Part shown: positions 12,213-27,554 of the stretch, one piece after another
How the letters are laid out: the number at the start of each line of letters is the position of its first letter
How positions within the stretch are numbered: the first letter of the stretch is position 1
DNA from: Hyphomonas sp.
GTDB lineage: Bacteria; Pseudomonadota; Alphaproteobacteria; Caulobacterales; Hyphomonadaceae
Assembly (NCBI GenBank): GCA_020638455.1
Contig: JACKIK010000003.1
Coordinates: forward strand, 504,154 to 568,153
Length of the DNA: 64,000 bases
Reading direction: 5' to 3'
Notes under the pieces: model-generated
The model's database searches: none
What the model saw: the letters and a program-made list of their open reading frames with translations, nothing else
What the model was told of the DNA's origin: nothing
Position numbers and translations under genes: made by a program

Positions 12213-13616
12213 ATGACAGATACACCCCCGGCCGCGCCGCCGGCCAATCCCTTCACCCAGTTCATCCCACAGCGATCGGCGGGCCTGAAGCTCCTGCTCG
12301 TCTGCGGGCTTGCCCTGCTGATGGCCATTCCGGCGCTGTTCGTGTTCGGCATCGTGCAGGACCGGCGCATGGGCGCCGATCGCGCCCTCGACGAAGTCAG
12401 CCAGGCAATCGGCGGCGCGCAAAGCCTGCTCGGCCCGGTCCTTGTCCTGCCCTATTCGCGCGCGCCGAACCCATCGCGGCCGAATGACGTCGTCTACGGC
12501 ACCGTCATCGCCTTTGCCGAGACGGGCACGGCCGATGCCGACGTTCAGGTGACGGAGCGAAAGCGGGGTATCCACACCATTCCCGTATTCGATGCGCAGG
12601 TGACCTTCGAGGCGACATTTGACCCCGGCGCGCTGCACGCCGCCCTGCCCGAAGGGGCGGACCCGATCTGGGCCGATGCACGCCTTTATCTTGGCGTTTC
12701 CGACACGCGCGGCATTCGCGAAGCCTTCCGCGTCACGGCAAACGGCAAACCGGTCTCCATGGAGCCAGCCCCCTATCGGTACAGCATGGACCAGAGCTAC
12801 CAGCCAGTCCCCTCATCAGGCGTGAAACTGGCCGGTGGCATGATCAAGGACCTTGATTCGCTGGAGGCTCCGCTTCGCGTCAGCGCGGCGCTCCGCCTCT
12901 CGGGCGCCGAACGCTTCGCCGTGGGTCCCTTTGCCAAGGACACGAGCTTCACCCTGAAAAGCAATTGGGATGATCCGAGCTTCCAGGGTGGCAAGCTGCC
13001 CGACACCCACACGGCCAGCGTGAAGGGTGTCGACGGCTTCACCGCCAGCTGGCGCGTGCCGTACCTTGCCCGCGACATTCCGGGCGCCGGCAGCAATATC
13101 GACCTGGCGGACGTGACCGAATGGAACCGCCGTGACATGGCTGTCCGGTTCATGAAGGAAGTGAGCCCCTATCAGAGCGTCGAGCGCGCCCTGAAATATG
13201 CGGCCATGTTCATCGGCTTCGTCTTCCTCGCCTGGTTCCTGTTCGAGGTGACGAGCGGCGCACGGGCCCACCCGGCGCAATATGTGCTGGTCGGACTTGC
13301 CCAGTCGATCTTCTACATCCTGCTGCTCGCATTCGCGGAGCGGATGGGATTTGACGGCGCTTTCCTGATTGCGGCGGTGATGACGATCGGACTGATCTCC
13401 GCCTATGCGATGAGCGTCTTCCGGTCGCGCGCCTACGGTCTCCGCGCGCTCGGCATCCTGACAGGCATTTACGGGCTCATCTACGTCCTGATGCGGGCGG
13501 AGAGCCACGCGCTGCTCGCGGGCGCGCTGGCGAGCTTCGCAGCGATTGCCCTGACCATGTACATGACCCGCAATGTCGACTGGTATGGCGGGCGCAAGGC
13601 CGGGGCGGCCGCTTGA
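12213..13616 (+). CDS. creD: Inner membrane protein CreD
   Basis: [55 protein letters not shown]; RBS ggagg before ATG 12213. Confidence 0.9.
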   Translation: MTDTPPAAPPANPFTQFIPQRSAGLKLLLVCGLALLMAIPALFVFGIVQDRRMGADRALDEVSQAIGGAQSLLGPVLVLPYSRAPNPSRPNDVVYGTVIAFAETGTADADVQVTERKRGIHTIPVFDAQVTFEATFDPGALHAALPEGADPIWADARLYLGVSDTRGIREAFRVTANGKPVSMEPAPYRYSMDQSYQPVPSSGVKLAGGMIKDLDSLEAPLRVSAALRLSGAERFAVGPFAKDTSFTLKSNWDDPSFQGGKLPDTHTASVKGVDGFTASWRVPYLARDIPGAGSNIDLADVTEWNRRDMAVRFMKEVSPYQSVERALKYAAMFIGFVFLAWFLFEVTSGARAHPAQYVLVGLAQSIFYILLLAFAERMGFDGAFLIAAVMTIGLISAYAMSVFRSRAYGLRALGILTGIYGLIYVLMRAESHALLAGALASFAAIALTMYMTRNVDWYGGRKAGAAA

Positions 13617-13647
13617 CAGAGGCCCCAAGTCAGGGGAACGCCAGCAC

Positions 13648-14598
13648 ATGACGGCGTTCCCCCTTCCCCCCGTGCGCGGCAAGCTGATCGAGAATGCACC
13701 GCTGGCCCCCTACACCTGGTTCCGGGTGGGCGGACCGGCGGACGCCCTTTTCCTGCCGGCAGATGAAGACGACCTGCAGGACTTCCTGCAGGCGCTCGAT
13801 CCCGCCGTTCCGGTCACCGTGCTCGGTGTCGGCTCGAACCTCATCGTGCGCGACGGCGGCATTGAAGGCGTCGTGATCCGCCTGATGGGCAAGTACTGGG
13901 GCGCGGTGGACGCGCTGGACGGCATCACCGTCGAGGCCCGCGCGGGCGCGCTGGACCTGGCCGTCGCAAAAACGGCCGCCGCCAACGGCATCACCGGGCT
14001 CGAATTCCTCTCCGGCATTCCGGGCTCGATCGGCGGGGCAACGCGCACCAATGCCGGCTGCTATGGCCGCGAACTGAGGGACGCGCTGGTCGCCCTGCAC
14101 GGCTTCCGCCGCGACGGAACGAAGGCCGCCTATCGCGGCCCCGGCAAGCCCGGCGCCCAGCCCGAAGCACATTTCTCCTACCGGCACACAGACCTGCCGC
14201 ACGATCTCATCGTCACCCGCCTCATCCTCGAAGGAACGGGCACGGACGATCCGGAAACGATCACGGACGCCATCGAAGCGCTCCAGGCCCGGCGCGCGGA
14301 TACGCAGCCGATCAGGGAGAAGACGTCCGGCTCCACTTTCGCCAATCCCGACCCGCCCGGCACACCGGACCAGCGTTCGGCCTGGAAGCTGATCGATGCC
14401 GCCGGCTGCCGCGGCCTGAAAGTCGGCGGGGCGCAGGTCTCGCCGCTCCACTGCAACTTCCTGATCAACACCGGCGATGCAACGGCGGCAGACCTCGAAG
14501 CCCTCGGCGAACTCGTCCGCGCGCGAGTCCTGGCGACGCAGGGTGTCGACCTCCGCTGGGAAGTCCGCCGCATCGGACGCCTCACCGGCCCGGTCTAG
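13648..14598 (+). CDS. murB: UDP-N-acetylenolpyruvoylglucosamine reductase
   Basis: [48 protein letters not shown]. Confidence 0.96.
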   Translation: MTAFPLPPVRGKLIENAPLAPYTWFRVGGPADALFLPADEDDLQDFLQALDPAVPVTVLGVGSNLIVRDGGIEGVVIRLMGKYWGAVDALDGITVEARAGALDLAVAKTAAANGITGLEFLSGIPGSIGGATRTNAGCYGRELRDALVALHGFRRDGTKAAYRGPGKPGAQPEAHFSYRHTDLPHDLIVTRLILEGTGTDDPETITDAIEALQARRADTQPIREKTSGSTFANPDPPGTPDQRSAWKLIDAAGCRGLKVGGAQVSPLHCNFLINTGDATAADLEALGELVRARVLATQGVDLRWEVRRIGRLTGPV

Positions 14599-16679
14599 AA
14601 GGTTCCCTTCAGCTCGAAGACCGCAATCGGGCCGAAACGGCGCGTACGGTCCTCGATGCGCGCGACCGGACCCAGGCGGTTCACGTCGTAGATCTCCCGC
14701 CGGAAGCTGTCGGCCTGGTTCAGGAGGTTGCCGACCGCCAGTGTCGCCGTCATGCCGCGAAGATTCTTGCGCTCGATGAACATGTAGGAATAGCCCGGCG
14801 GGTGGCTTTCACGTCCCGTTTCATTGAAGCGCCAGTATTTGTAAGGGCCATTGTTCTCGTACAGGCCGCCCCAGGCCCAATCCGTTCCCGGAATATCCTG
14901 GCGGAATTCGAGATTGAAGTAGTAAAGCTGGCTGTCATTGATCGGGCGCGTCTCGCCCGTCAGCGGGTCCGTCACTTCGGATATGTACCGTTCGGCAAAA
15001 CTGCTCAGCTCCCCGCCCGGCACGCCGAGCCTGCCGAGCTTCAGGGTGCCGTCGAACGTCACGCCGACCTCCCAGGCCGAGTCGAGGTTGCCGGGCCCAT
15101 CGCCATTGCCGATCGGGACGCGGTCCACGATGTCCTCGATATCGGAATAGTAGACTTTCACTGTCGCGGCGCCCCAGGACTTGTAGTCCTTTTCCGTCTG
15201 GATACTGAGCGTCCAGGCCTGCCGCGGCACGAGTTCGGCATTGCCTTCGTCGCTATTGTCGGCGCTCAGGTTAACCGAGGAAATGAAGTCGAAGAAGTCA
15301 AGCTGTCCGACTTCCCGCTCAAGACGCGTCGTCACCTTGAGCGTCGGATCCGCCTGCCAGGACAGGCTCGCAAAGCCCTTCGGCCGGGTGAATTTGCGCG
15401 CATTCGCATTGTCGCCCGACTGTGTCAGTTCGGAATATTCGGCGCCGAGAGAAACCTGCAGGCGCAGCCTCGGCGTCAGGGCGCGGCCATGCGTGACATT
15501 CGCTTCCCAGCGCACTTCCTCCACGCGGGAATTCGCGCCCGGCAGCGGGACGACCATCAGCGGCGCGCCATTGCTGGCAAGGCTGAGCTCAGCTTCCCCG
15601 TCGAGGAAGTTGAAGGCGTTCTCCAGCGAAACCTGCCAGTCGCGACCATCGCCGGCGGAAAGGGCATACTCGCCCCGCGCGATGTACTCGCCTTCGTCCA
15701 CGGTCTGCAGGAAGCGCGACTGATCCAAGGCGGTGCCATCGAGGGTGCCCGCCGTGAAATTGCTGACAGTCGGGCTGTGCTCGCGCCGGATGAGCGCGAT
15801 GCCTTTCAGCCGCCCGGGCCCGAGCCCGAATTCATAGTCGCCGCCGAACTCCGCGTTCCATTCGTCTTCGCCGCCGAGGTAGAGGCGCCGGCCTTCCGGC
15901 CTGTTCACGAGGAATGTTCTCGAGGTCTCTTTCTGGTCCCACTGCGAGATCCCGACCTTGCCGTTGAGGTTCGCCACCACGCCGCTCGCCGGCTTCCATG
16001 CCAGAGATCCGGACACGGACGCCTTGTCGGCAATGTAGGTGAAATCCTCCTTGCGGCGCTCCAGCAGGAGCCCTGTCCCGTCCGTGATGGACTCCCAGCC
16101 GGCATTGGCACCGCGCTCAGGCAGGCTGTTGGCTTCGACGCTCCAGCTCAGTGCTCCGCGCCCGCCGGACAGGGTGACGGCCCCTTCATGGAAATAAGGT
16201 GTCAGGTTCTCCCTCACGCGCGACTTCCAGCGCCAGGTTCCGGAAACCCCGCCTTCCCCATCCGTGATGACATTCACGACCTGTCCGGACAGGCCCGGAA
16301 TATCCAGCGTCGTGCCGTCGGCGAGGTCGATCCGCGTCACCTTGCTGGCGGGGATCCGGCCGAGCGCCGCCTCGGCGCCATTGGACTTGCCGGACACACG
16401 CTGTCCGTTGATCAGCACGTTGCCGTTGGCCTGGCCGAAGCCCCGCTGGCCGTCATCGTCACTCTGGATCGAGAAGCCCGGAATCCGGGCCACCATGTCG
16501 TAGGCGGTGCGCGGGCTGTACTGGGCGAAATCTTCCGGCACATAGCTCGTCGCCGAACTGGGCGGTGAGCCTGTGTCAGGCTCCGCGACCTCTACGTTAG
16601 CGCTAACTATCGCCATGGCGAGAACGGCGATGCTGGGCAATAGTCTACGGCTCGACGCCACGGGCGCTTCCTCCCTCAT
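14595..16679 (-). CDS. TonB-dependent outer-membrane receptor
   Basis: Signal peptide, plug ([35 protein letters not shown]), beta-barrel composition, terminal ELKGTF. Confidence 0.88.
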   Translation of the reverse strand: MREEAPVASSRRLLPSIAVLAMAIVSANVEVAEPDTGSPPSSATSYVPEDFAQYSPRTAYDMVARIPGFSIQSDDDGQRGFGQANGNVLINGQRVSGKSNGAEAALGRIPASKVTRIDLADGTTLDIPGLSGQVVNVITDGEGGVSGTWRWKSRVRENLTPYFHEGAVTLSGGRGALSWSVEANSLPERGANAGWESITDGTGLLLERRKEDFTYIADKASVSGSLAWKPASGVVANLNGKVGISQWDQKETSRTFLVNRPEGRRLYLGGEDEWNAEFGGDYEFGLGPGRLKGIALIRREHSPTVSNFTAGTLDGTALDQSRFLQTVDEGEYIARGEYALSAGDGRDWQVSLENAFNFLDGEAELSLASNGAPLMVVPLPGANSRVEEVRWEANVTHGRALTPRLRLQVSLGAEYSELTQSGDNANARKFTRPKGFASLSWQADPTLKVTTRLEREVGQLDFFDFISSVNLSADNSDEGNAELVPRQAWTLSIQTEKDYKSWGAATVKVYYSDIEDIVDRVPIGNGDGPGNLDSAWEVGVTFDGTLKLGRLGVPGGELSSFAERYISEVTDPLTGETRPINDSQLYYFNLEFRQDIPGTDWAWGGLYENNGPYKYWRFNETGRESHPPGYSYMFIERKNLRGMTATLAVGNLLNQADSFRREIYDVNRLGPVARIEDRTRRFGPIAVFELKGTF

Positions 16680-16742
16680 TCCATTTGTTGCGTGGAAAGA
16701 GCGGCGCCCCCGCCCGACTTCCCCTCGTCGTTATTCGATAAT

Positions 16743-16758
16743 GACTACTGTTGTAGTC
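16743..16758. promoter_or_regulatory. Palindromic operator upstream of the TonB-dependent receptor, BlaI/CopY-box-like
   Basis: GACTAC-TGTT-GTAGTC inverted repeat; core TACTGTTGTA is one mismatch from TACAnnTGTA. Confidence 0.55.
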
Positions 16759-16829
16759 CAAAGCCGGCAAGAGCCTGCTTCCTAACATTTTCGTTATCCG
16801 GCCCGCCGACGGCCGCGCCGCGGCCTCGC

Positions 16830-16845
16830 TTAAGCCCGTATTCAC
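16830..16845 (+). promoter_or_regulatory. Putative CtrA site upstream of ddl-ftsQA
   Basis: TTAA-gcccgta-TTCAC versus consensus TTAA-N7-TTAAC (one mismatch). Confidence 0.5.
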
Positions 16846-16909
16846 TGGCAGGACGGAGAAAATCCGGGAATTCAACGTGATTCCCGTCCGGCAGAAGGAG
16901 GACAGGCTG

Positions 16910-17818
16910 ATGAAACGCGTCGCAGTGATCTATGGCGGCTGGTCGTCCGAGCGGGACGTGTCGATTTCGTCCGGCACGCAGATGCTGCGCGCCGCGGAGG
17001 CAGCCGGGTACGACGCCGTCGGCATCGATGCGGGGCGGAACCTGCCGGCCCAGCTGTCAGAGGTGAAGCCCGACGTGGTCCTGAACGGACTGCATGGTCC
17101 CTGGGGCGAAGATGGCTGCGTCCAGGGCCTGCTGGAGATCATGGACATCCCCTACTCCCATTCCGGCGTACTCGCTTCGGCGCTGGCCATGGACAAGTTG
17201 AAATCGAAAGCCGTCTACCGTTCGGCGGGGCTGCCTGTCGCGGAGGACAAGCGCGTCACCCGCGAGGAGGCCGCCGCCGCCCATGCCCTGAAGCCGCCTT
17301 ATGTGGTCAAACCCGTCGCCGAAGGGTCCAGTTTCGGGGTCCTGATCGTCCGCGAAGGAGCTAACTCGCCGCCTAAGGAGCTGGATGCCGCGAACTGGCG
17401 CTATGGCGACTATCTCATGGCCGAGGAATTCATCCCCGGCCGGGAGCTCACAGTGGCCGTTCTGGGCGACCGGGCCCTCGCTGTCACCGAGATCACGACC
17501 TTAAGGGACTATTACGACTTTGATGCAAAATATTCTGCTGGAGGGTCGCATCATGTGATCCCGGCAGACCTGCCTGAACACGTTACCCGGTCGGCGATGG
17601 ATTTCGCGCTCCGGGCCCATCAGGCACTCGGCTGCAGGGGCGCGACGCGATCCGATTTTCGCTATGACGACAAGAGAGACCGGCTCGTGATCCTTGAGAC
17701 CAATACACAACCCGGAATGACACCGACCTCGCTTGTCCCCGAGCAGGCCGCCTTCGTGGGCATGTCCTTCGAAGCGCTGGTCGCCTGGATGATCGAGGAC
17801 GCTTCATGCCGAAGATAA
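16910..17818 (+). CDS. ddl: D-alanine--D-alanine ligase
   Basis: [43 protein letters not shown]. Confidence 0.96.
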   Translation: MKRVAVIYGGWSSERDVSISSGTQMLRAAEAAGYDAVGIDAGRNLPAQLSEVKPDVVLNGLHGPWGEDGCVQGLLEIMDIPYSHSGVLASALAMDKLKSKAVYRSAGLPVAEDKRVTREEAAAAHALKPPYVVKPVAEGSSFGVLIVREGANSPPKELDAANWRYGDYLMAEEFIPGRELTVAVLGDRALAVTEITTLRDYYDFDAKYSAGGSHHVIPADLPEHVTRSAMDFALRAHQALGCRGATRSDFRYDDKRDRLVILETNTQPGMTPTSLVPEQAAFVGMSFEALVAWMIEDASCRR

Positions 17819-18672
17819 ACCGCAACCAGACCGTTCCGAAGCGCAGGCGCGAACCGATCACCTTCGTCGACGAGGTGACGGGCGAGGAAGTGCGCGCCTC
17901 TTCCGTCCTGTTCGGCCTCGTGATGCTGATCGCCATCGTGGTCGCCACGGCGGCCTGGATGGGCGGGTCGATGTCGCAGATCGAGAACCGGTTCGCCGGC
18001 TTCATGGACGACAGCGCCCGCATGATGGGCGTCTCGGTCAACGAAGTTTCCGTGCTCGGCCTCGAACAGGACCCTGCCCTGCAGAACGAGATCCGCGCCG
18101 CCGCCATGATCGAGCCCGGCGAAAACATGTTCCGCGCCGACCCTTACGTCATCCGCCGCCGCGTCGAGGCCACCCGCAAGGTGCTGAACGTGCGCGTGCA
18201 CCGCCTGTGGCCCGACCAGGTCGTGATCCTCGCCGATGCGGCCGAGCCGGTCGCCTTGTGGCATGACGGCGAGCGGTGGACCGTGGTCGACGGTCTCGGC
18301 CGCGTCATTCCGGACGAGCGCGCCGAAGATCATCCGAAGCTGGTCCGCGTCGCGGGCCGCGGCGCCCCGGAAGCCGTTCCCGGTCTCGTGAAGGCGCTTG
18401 CAGAAGCGCCGGATGTCTCCCCCGGCGTCGCCATCGCGACCCGGATCAACGACCGGCGCTGGGACATGCGCCTGATCTCCGGCGCCACGGTGCGCATGCC
18501 GGAAGACGCAAAGCTTCCCGGCGCGCTCGAGCGGCTCGCGAAGCTGCAGGTGCGCACGGCGCTGATGTATCGCCCGCTGAAGACGATCGACCTGCGCAAT
18601 GCCGGCCGCGTGTACCTCGCGCCGCTGGTCGCGCCGGACTTCCAGGCACGCGATGAGGCCGTGCGCAGCTGA
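17806..18672 (+). CDS. ftsQ: Cell division protein FtsQ
   Basis: Single TM, POTRA-like region (VHRLWPDQV), RRWD, IDLR; position between ddl and ftsA. Confidence 0.92.
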   Translation: MPKINRNQTVPKRRREPITFVDEVTGEEVRASSVLFGLVMLIAIVVATAAWMGGSMSQIENRFAGFMDDSARMMGVSVNEVSVLGLEQDPALQNEIRAAAMIEPGENMFRADPYVIRRRVEATRKVLNVRVHRLWPDQVVILADAAEPVALWHDGERWTVVDGLGRVIPDERAEDHPKLVRVAGRGAPEAVPGLVKALAEAPDVSPGVAIATRINDRRWDMRLISGATVRMPEDAKLPGALERLAKLQVRTALMYRPLKTIDLRNAGRVYLAPLVAPDFQARDEAVRS

Positions 18673-19967
18673 TGGCCACGGTCCAGTCCCGTCGTGTTCC
18701 CCGCATCGGGAAGTCCCCGGCCGGCACGGTCGCGGCGCTGGACATCGGCTGTTCGAAGATCACCTGCCTGATCGGCCGCAATGACGGGCGCAGCCCACGC
18801 GGCTTCCGCATCCTCGGCGCCGGACGCCAGCAGTCGCGCGGCTTCACCGGCGGTACGATCACCGACATGGAAGGCCTTGAACGCGCGATCCGCCTCGCCG
18901 TCGAGGATGCCGAACGCGAAGCGGGCGAGCAGATCTCCAATGTGGTGCTTGGCATCACCGGGCAGAAGCTTTCCTGCACACTGGTCACCGCCGCGATCGA
19001 AATCGGAAGCCGCGAGATCACCGCCAAGGACGTGAAGAAGGTCCAGGCCCAGGCGCTTGCCCAGGTGTCGACCAAGGGCGCAGAGCTGTTGGCTGCCTGG
19101 CCGGTGGCCTATCGTACCGAAGCCGAAGACGGCATCCGCGAGCCGCAGGGCATGTACGCACACGAGCTGGGCGTGCTGCTCTCCGTCGTGACTGCGCCGA
19201 AATCGGTGGTGAAGAACCTCGTCGAATGCGTCGGCCGGGCCCATCTCGGCGTTTCGGCGCTGGTCCCCTCCTCGATTGCGAGCGGCGCCGGCACGCTGAT
19301 CGACGATGAAATCGAGAATGGCGCCATCTGCATCGACATGGGCGCCGGCGTCACCGCCGTTTCGGTCTATCTCAATGGATCGCCGGCCTGGCTGGGGCTC
19401 GTTCCCGTGGGCGGCGCGCATGTCACGGCCGACCTTGCCCAGGGCATCGGCACCACCTTCGCCGCTGCCGAGCGCCTGAAGAGCGTCTACGGCACCGCCA
19501 ATCTCGAAGGCCCCGGCCTTGCGGAGCGGATCGAGGTGCCGCGCCTTGGCGATGATGGCCGCCTGCAGGCAGCACGCATGGAGCGAGGCCAGCTGGCCGG
19601 GATCATCGCGCCGCGCGTCGAGGAGATTTTCGAGTTCGTGCAGAAAACGCTCGATTCGAGTGGTGTACGCCGCGTACTCCCTCGTCGTATCGTGCTGACG
19701 GGCGGCGCATCCCTGCTGCCCGGTGCGCGTGAGGTCGCCGCACGTATCCTCAACGCCCCTGTTCGTCTCGGTAAGCCCACCAACGCAGAGTTTCTTGGAG
19801 AAACACTGGCAACGCCCGCTTTTTCCACAGCCGCTGGTCTGCTAATGTATTCGGAGTTGGGGTTTGCTGATGCGGCAAGGGCTGCCGCCGCATCGCGCAA
19901 GGACGGACCGGAGTCGAGAAGCGGCGTGGTGAACAAAGTGTTCCATTGGCTCGAAGAAAATTTCTGA
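18672..19967 (+). CDS. ftsA: Cell division protein FtsA
   Basis: ALDIGCSKI, IDMGAGVT, VLTGGAS, C-terminal amphipathic WLEENF. Confidence 0.97.
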   Translation: MATVQSRRVPRIGKSPAGTVAALDIGCSKITCLIGRNDGRSPRGFRILGAGRQQSRGFTGGTITDMEGLERAIRLAVEDAEREAGEQISNVVLGITGQKLSCTLVTAAIEIGSREITAKDVKKVQAQALAQVSTKGAELLAAWPVAYRTEAEDGIREPQGMYAHELGVLLSVVTAPKSVVKNLVECVGRAHLGVSALVPSSIASGAGTLIDDEIENGAICIDMGAGVTAVSVYLNGSPAWLGLVPVGGAHVTADLAQGIGTTFAAAERLKSVYGTANLEGPGLAERIEVPRLGDDGRLQAARMERGQLAGIIAPRVEEIFEFVQKTLDSSGVRRVLPRRIVLTGGASLLPGAREVAARILNAPVRLGKPTNAEFLGETLATPAFSTAAGLLMYSELGFADAARAAAASRKDGPESRSGVVNKVFHWLEENF

Positions 19968-19983
19968 GCCGATTTCACTCCAC

Positions 19984-19998
19984 TTTACTGCTTATTAG
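19984..19998. promoter_or_regulatory. Possible degenerate CtrA site upstream of ftsZ
   Basis: TTTA-ctgctta-TTAG, two mismatches to TTAA-N7-TTAA. Confidence 0.3.
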
Positions 19999-20049
19999 CC
20001 GCAAGACGCCATGTTCCCCTCTCAGCGGGGGCCGTCTGTAGAGTGAGGG

Positions 20050-21549
20050 ATGTCGATGACGTATGAACTGAAGCCCAGGATCCTGGTCTTTGGCGTCGGC
20101 GGTGCCGGTGGCAACGCCGTCGACAACATGATCGAGGCGAACCTGCAGGGCGTCGAGTTCATCGTCGCCAATACGGACGCGCAGGCGCTCGAACGCTCGC
20201 GAGCCGACATCAGGATCCAGCTCGGCCCTGTCACCACGTCCGGCCTCGGCGCGGGCGCGCGCCCCGAAATCGGTGAGAAGGCTGCGGAAGAGAGCTATCA
20301 GGACATTCTGGGCCGCCTCGAAGGCGCCCATATGGTGTTTATCGCTGCCGGCATGGGCGGCGGCACCGGCACCGGCGCAGCGCCCGTGATCGCCCGCGCG
20401 GCGCACGAGCTCGGCATCCTCACCGTCGCCGTCGTGACCAAGCCGTTCGGCTTCGAAGGCAACCGCCGCATGAATGTCGCGGAGTCCGGGCTTGAGGCGA
20501 TCCGCGCACATGTCGACACCATGATCGTGGTGCCGAACCAGAACCTGTTCCGCATCGCCAATGACCGCACCACCTTCGCCGACGCGTTCCGCATGGCCGA
20601 TGACGTGCTGTATGCCGGCGTGCGCGGCATCACGGACCTGATGGTCATGCCGGGCCTCATCAACCTCGATTTCGCCGATGTCAGCGCCATCATGCGCGGC
20701 ATGGGCACCGCCATGATGGGCATGGGTGAAGCCAGCGGCGACACCCGCGCGCTCGACGCGGCACGCCAGGCCATCGACAATCCGCTGCTGGACGAAGTGT
20801 CGATGAAGGGCGCCCGCGGCGTGCTGATCAACATCACCGGCGGCTATGACATGACCCTGTTCGAGCTGGACGAAGCCGCCAACGAGATCCGCCGCGAAGT
20901 CGACTCCGACGCCAATATCATTCTGGGCTCAGCCTTCGATCCGGAACTGGAAGGCCGTATCCGCGTGTCGGTCGTCGCTGCCGGCGTGCAGGCCGGCTTT
21001 GCCATGGGCGCCGGCGAGCGGCCGCAGGAGGCCGCGCCGGCAACGGTGCGCCAGCCCATCGCGGCCCCGGTGGAAGAGCCGGAACCGGAAGCCGAGCCGG
21101 AACCCCAATTCGAAGCCGAAGCGGAACAGGATGTCGCCGCCTTGGCTGAAACTGCTGACGACGCGAACGAAGATTATGTGGACGAGGCCGGTGCGCTGCA
21201 GGACGAGCGCCCCGCCATCATCACCCACGGCCGCGCCGCAGCTTCTGCCACTCCCCTCCCCGAAGAGGAGGCCGTGAGTGAAGAAGGAGACAAAGACGTG
21301 AGCGCAGATTCCGTATTCTCCGCCCATCGCGACATTCCCGTGGAAGACAAACCGAGACAGGATGGCCGCAGCGCCGGCTTCGCCAACCTGTTTGGCTGGC
21401 GCCGCGCACCGCAGGGCGAAAACGACGACACGCCCGAACAGGCACGCGCGCCGATCGTGTCCTCGCCCGACGACCATCCGGAGCCGGCTCCGTTCGACGA
21501 TGCGGACCTCGAAATTCCGGCATTCCTGCGCCGCTCGGCCAATCACTGA
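20050..21549 (+). CDS. ftsZ: Cell division protein FtsZ
   Basis: [16 protein letters not shown] tubulin motif, INLDFAD, long acidic linker, C-terminal LEIPAFLRR. Confidence 0.99.
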   Translation: MSMTYELKPRILVFGVGGAGGNAVDNMIEANLQGVEFIVANTDAQALERSRADIRIQLGPVTTSGLGAGARPEIGEKAAEESYQDILGRLEGAHMVFIAAGMGGGTGTGAAPVIARAAHELGILTVAVVTKPFGFEGNRRMNVAESGLEAIRAHVDTMIVVPNQNLFRIANDRTTFADAFRMADDVLYAGVRGITDLMVMPGLINLDFADVSAIMRGMGTAMMGMGEASGDTRALDAARQAIDNPLLDEVSMKGARGVLINITGGYDMTLFELDEAANEIRREVDSDANIILGSAFDPELEGRIRVSVVAAGVQAGFAMGAGERPQEAAPATVRQPIAAPVEEPEPEAEPEPQFEAEAEQDVAALAETADDANEDYVDEAGALQDERPAIITHGRAAASATPLPEEEAVSEEGDKDVSADSVFSAHRDIPVEDKPRQDGRSAGFANLFGWRRAPQGENDDTPEQARAPIVSSPDDHPEPAPFDDADLEIPAFLRRSANH

Positions 21550-21731
21550 CCGGGGCAGCAAAAAGCAGCGCCGCCCTGCGGATCTGTTACAAGAATAGTC
21601 AAACAAAATCAGGGCCATACCGCAAGGTACGGCCCATTCTGTAACACGGCGAAACAAGCCGTGTTTTGATAAGCGCGGGGCCTGCGGTCAGATAGGCTGC
21701 AACTGATTGTGTCGTAGAAAGTTTTCCCGCC

Positions 21732-22643
21732 ATGGACATGCAGCAGACCATCGAGCGGCCCGCCATGTGCGCCGGCATCGGCGTTCACAGCGGCGAAAAG
21801 TCCCGCCTGGTCCTGAAGCCCGCCACGGCCGGCACAGGCGTCGTATTCCGCCGGACGGACCTCACCGGCCGTGACGCGCTGATCCGCGCGCATGCCGAAA
21901 ACGTCTCCGACACGCGGATGAACACCACCCTGTCGAACGAGGACGGTGTGTCGGTCGCCGTGGTGGAACACCTGATGGCGGCCGTCTCGGGCCTCGGCAT
22001 CGACAACCTCCTTGTCGAGATCGACGGGCCGGAAGTGCCGATCATGGACGGATCGTCGGCGGTCTTCTGCGAGCTGCTGCTGCAGGCCGGGATCCGCACC
22101 CAGTCGGCATCGCGCCGGCGCATCCGCATCCTCGAAACCGTCGAGATCGTCGACGGGGAGAAGCGCGCCTCGCTCTCCCCTTCCCCGGACCAGCACCTGA
22201 CCATGCGGGCCCGCATCGAATACGACAACAATGTCATCGGCATTCAGCAGATGGCCCTGCGCCTCGCGCCCGGCATGTTTGCCCGCAACCTCGCCTTTGC
22301 GCGGACCTACGGCTTCGCCCGCGACGTCGACATGCTGCGCAGCATGGGCCTCGCGCGTGGCGGCTCGCTCGACAATGCGGTCGTGGTCGACGGCGAAGAG
22401 ATCATGAACCCGGAAGGCCTGCGCACGGAGGACGAATTCGTGCGCCACAAGATGCTTGACGCCGTCGGCGACCTGATGCTGGCCGGCGCGCCGATTGCCG
22501 GCGCGTACGATGCCGTGCGTCCCGGCCACGCACTGAACAACCAGCTGGTGCGCAAGCTGCTGGCCACCCCTTCAGCCTGGTGCTGGGAGAGCGACGAGGC
22601 CGAAGCCGAGGCGAGCGGAGCCCGCGCCCGCGCTGCCCTCTAG
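21732..22643 (+). CDS. lpxC: UDP-3-O-acyl-N-acetylglucosamine deacetylase
   Basis: GIGVHSG, VEHLMAA, EVPIMDGS, ARTYGF, RHKMLDAVGDL, GHALN. Confidence 0.97.
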   Translation: MDMQQTIERPAMCAGIGVHSGEKSRLVLKPATAGTGVVFRRTDLTGRDALIRAHAENVSDTRMNTTLSNEDGVSVAVVEHLMAAVSGLGIDNLLVEIDGPEVPIMDGSSAVFCELLLQAGIRTQSASRRRIRILETVEIVDGEKRASLSPSPDQHLTMRARIEYDNNVIGIQQMALRLAPGMFARNLAFARTYGFARDVDMLRSMGLARGGSLDNAVVVDGEEIMNPEGLRTEDEFVRHKMLDAVGDLMLAGAPIAGAYDAVRPGHALNNQLVRKLLATPSAWCWESDEAEAEASGARARAAL

Positions 22644-22776
22644 GCTGCCCTGCACATTACAGTTCGGAAAACGTCGGGCCGGCGCCCCATCCTGCCTGTG
22701 AAAGGTCCTTGGAAAAGCCTGTCAGTTCGGGCTAATCAGGTCCGGACGAAAATTGCAGTAGAGCGCGCCTGAGCCC

Positions 22777-23610
22777 ATGAAGCCTGCCAAGCCCATCGCC
22801 ATCGCCCTGATTGCGGCCACTGTCGGTCTCACCGCGTGCCAGAGCCGGGCCAAGCGCCACGAAGAACTCGCTTATGTCGAGCGGCCAGTGGAACAGCTCT
22901 ACAACCAGGCCGCGGAGAAGCTAGACAAGCGCAGCTATGCCGACGCCATCCTCCTGTTCAACGAGGTCGAGCGCCAGCACCCCTATTCCGAATGGGCACG
23001 CCGTTCGATGGTGATGACGGCCTACGCCAACTACAAACAGCACAATTACGATGAGGCGATCTCCGCCGCGCAGCGCTATATCAGCCTGCACCCCGGCGGG
23101 TCGGAAGCGGCCTATGCCTACTACCTCGTCGCCATCAGCCAGTTCGAGCAGATCGTCGACGTTGGCCGCGACCAGGGCACCACCGAACAGGCCAAGACGG
23201 CCCTGCAGGATATCCTGCGCCGTTTCCCCGACAGCGAATATTCGCGCGATGCCCAGATCAAGCTGGACATGGTCAATGACCAACTCGCCGGCAAGGAAAT
23301 GACGATCGGCCGCTGGTACCTGCGCTCGAACCAGACCCTTGCCGCCATCAACCGCTTCCGCACCGTTGTCGAGACTTATGACCGCACCTCTCACACGGAA
23401 GAAGCGCTCTATCGCCTTGTCGAGGCCTACCTCTCGCTCGGCATGCGCCCGCAGGCCACCGAAGCGGCCGCCGCGCTGGGCTATAACTATCCGGACTCGG
23501 ACTGGTATCGCATGGCCTACACGCTGATGACGTCTGAAGGCGTGCCGCTGGAGCAGGCCTCTGCACCGAAGCGCACCCTGCTGCAGAAGATCATTCCCGG
23601 CGGCAAGTAA
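22777..23610 (+). CDS. bamD: Outer membrane protein assembly factor BamD
   Basis: Lipobox LTAC, TPR repeats, EVERQHPYSEWA, LAGKEMTIGRWY. Confidence 0.95.
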   Translation: MKPAKPIAIALIAATVGLTACQSRAKRHEELAYVERPVEQLYNQAAEKLDKRSYADAILLFNEVERQHPYSEWARRSMVMTAYANYKQHNYDEAISAAQRYISLHPGGSEAAYAYYLVAISQFEQIVDVGRDQGTTEQAKTALQDILRRFPDSEYSRDAQIKLDMVNDQLAGKEMTIGRWYLRSNQTLAAINRFRTVVETYDRTSHTEEALYRLVEAYLSLGMRPQATEAAAALGYNYPDSDWYRMAYTLMTSEGVPLEQASAPKRTLLQKIIPGGK

Positions 23611-23620
23611 GCGGCGCGCG

Positions 23621-27411
<3,791 letters not shown>

Positions 27412-27451
27412 CTGCGTTCTCCCAACTCTACAGAAGCGCTTCATACCATTG

Positions 27452-27466
27452 GAACAAAAGCGGAAC
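27452..27466 (-). promoter_or_regulatory. LexA (SOS) box upstream of recN
   Basis: GAAC-aaaagcg-GAAC, the alphaproteobacterial GTTC-N7-GTTC motif, about 40 bp upstream of the start. Confidence 0.88.
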
Positions 27467-27554
27467 AAATAGAATCTTCATGCGGGTTCGGCGCGCGCGG
27501 GATCTGCGCTAGGCTGGCCGGAACGCCGGGCAACAGGCGCAAGGAGGATTTCCC

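Noticed and set aside
16781-16799. CTAA-N8-TTAT as a CtrA site
   Set aside because: Spacer is 8 rather than 7 and both half-sites are mismatched; the site at 16830 fits better.
21000-21500. Low-complexity acidic region in ftsZ
   Set aside because: Ordinary long C-terminal linker of alphaproteobacterial FtsZ.
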